In this document: piece by piece, positions 63,177-64,000 of the stretch
How positions within the stretch are numbered: position 1 is the first letter of the stretch
How the letters are laid out: each line of letters starts with the position of its first letter
From: Alphaproteobacteria bacterium
GTDB lineage: Bacteria > Pseudomonadota > Alphaproteobacteria > Bin95
Reading direction: 5' to 3'
Length of the DNA stretch: 64,000 bases
Assembly (NCBI GenBank): GCA_965205265.1
Contig: CBDBGH010000003.1
Location: 4,960,001-5,024,000 of the forward strand
The notes under the pieces: generated by a model
The model's input: only the letters and a program-made list of their open reading frames with translations
Databases searched by the model: none
What the model was told of the DNA's origin: nothing
Position numbers and translations under genes: made by a program

Positions 63177-64000
63177 TCAGGAAAACGCTTCAGGTTCGGC
63201 GGATGGCCTGTGGAGGTTTTCCGCGAAACGGACTCCCTGCAGATCGGCCCCGTCAAGGACCAGGCCGGTTGCATCCTCCACGAGGCAGAAATCGAGCCTC
63301 CTGATCTCGGCTCCGGACAGGTCTGTCTCTACAAGTCTCGCTTCGGCGACCCTGGTGTCGATGAGGCGGGCCTTGCGGAGATTGGCCCTGGTGAAGGTGG
63401 CGCCCGCGGCGTCGGCCTCACAGACGAACACCCCCTCCATGTCGGCCTCGAAAAAACGGGTGCCGGTCATCCATGCCTGCTGGAAGTCCGATCCCGAAAG
63501 GTCTGCGGAGGTGAAACAGGCTTCCGTGAGGTCGGTTTCCTGGAGGCGCGTGTGGCGCATATGCGCCTCCGAGAAGTCGGCGCCGCGCAGGGATGCGTGG
63601 GAACCTGACCCATGCTCGAGAACCGCCTTGGTGAACCGGCCGCGGTCCAGGACCGCGTGGTCGAAGATGCAGAAGACCATGTTGCTGTGGTCGAACCGGC
63701 AGCCCGTCAGGCGCGCCCTTTTCAGTCTGGCTCCCTGAAGGTCCGCATAGTCCATTCTGGCGAGATTGAACTCCGCCCCGGAAAAGTCGGCATTCCGGAG
63801 TTTGGCGTCGGAGAAGACCGCATGATCGCCCCGCGCCCGGCAAAACCGGGCATCGGGGGCGACGGCATTGCGAAAGTCGGCGTCCTTGAGCCAGGCGTGG
63901 TCGAACTCGGCACGCTCGAGTTTTGCCTCGCGGAAGACGGCTCCCTCAAGGCGGCACCCGACGAACAGGGCCCGTCGGAGGTCGGCCCCGGAAAAGTCGG
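63177..64000 (-). CDS. pentapeptide-repeat protein, 5' part outside the window
   Basis: Continuous ADF/ADL/ARL pentapeptides up to the window edge. Confidence 0.88.
   Translation of the reverse strand, partial: DFSGADLRRALFVGCRLEGAVFREAKLERAEFDHAWLKDADFRNAVAPDARFCRARGDHAVFSDAKLRNADFSGAEFNLARMDYADLQGARLKRARLTGCRFDHSNMVFCIFDHAVLDRGRFTKAVLEHGSGSHASLRGADFSEAHMRHTRLQETDLTEACFTSADLSGSDFQQAWMTGTRFFEADMEGVFVCEADAAGATFTRANLRKARLIDTRVAEARLVETDLSGAEIRRLDFCLVEDATGLVLDGADLQGVRFAENLHRPSAEPEAFS

Overview
This GC-rich 64-kb window looks like part of a large conjugative plasmid or ICE, probably from an alphaproteobacterium (inference from gene families). I found no rRNA, tRNA or CRISPR array. Backbone genes include a plasmid-type topoisomerase III plus thermonuclease, a VbhA/Fic toxin-antitoxin pair coupled to type IVb pilus genes (PilN/PilO-like), a ParA plus RHH partition pair, an IcmD/DotP-like gene and a PilV-like gene. 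Accessory genes include a C5 methyltransferase/NDT/DUF1489/radical SAM operon, an RNA ligase, an HD hydrolase, Uma2, a RecQ-UvrD fusion, ankyrin and pentapeptide proteins, an orphan AbiEi and dgkA. Four IS elements are present: IS1634 with a 573-bp target duplication, IS21 with passenger genes, and two IS630 elements, one nested inside the IS21. The standout is an array at 28-46 kb of 12 diverged paralogs plus one IS-made duplicate, all sharing HNL[AS]V / FDG-x-x-D-x-G / GWE-x-x-x-G motifs (DUF6878-like) and surrounding one His-rich DUF6915-like gene; a 13th paralog lies at 61 kb. Two window-wide signals also stand out: an 11-bp CAA(T/G)CGGATTG operator repeated mostly at 17-bp spacing over several sigma70-like promoters, and a Pro/Gly-rich C-terminal tail on many unrelated proteins. 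All family names come from motif recognition and memory, not database searches.
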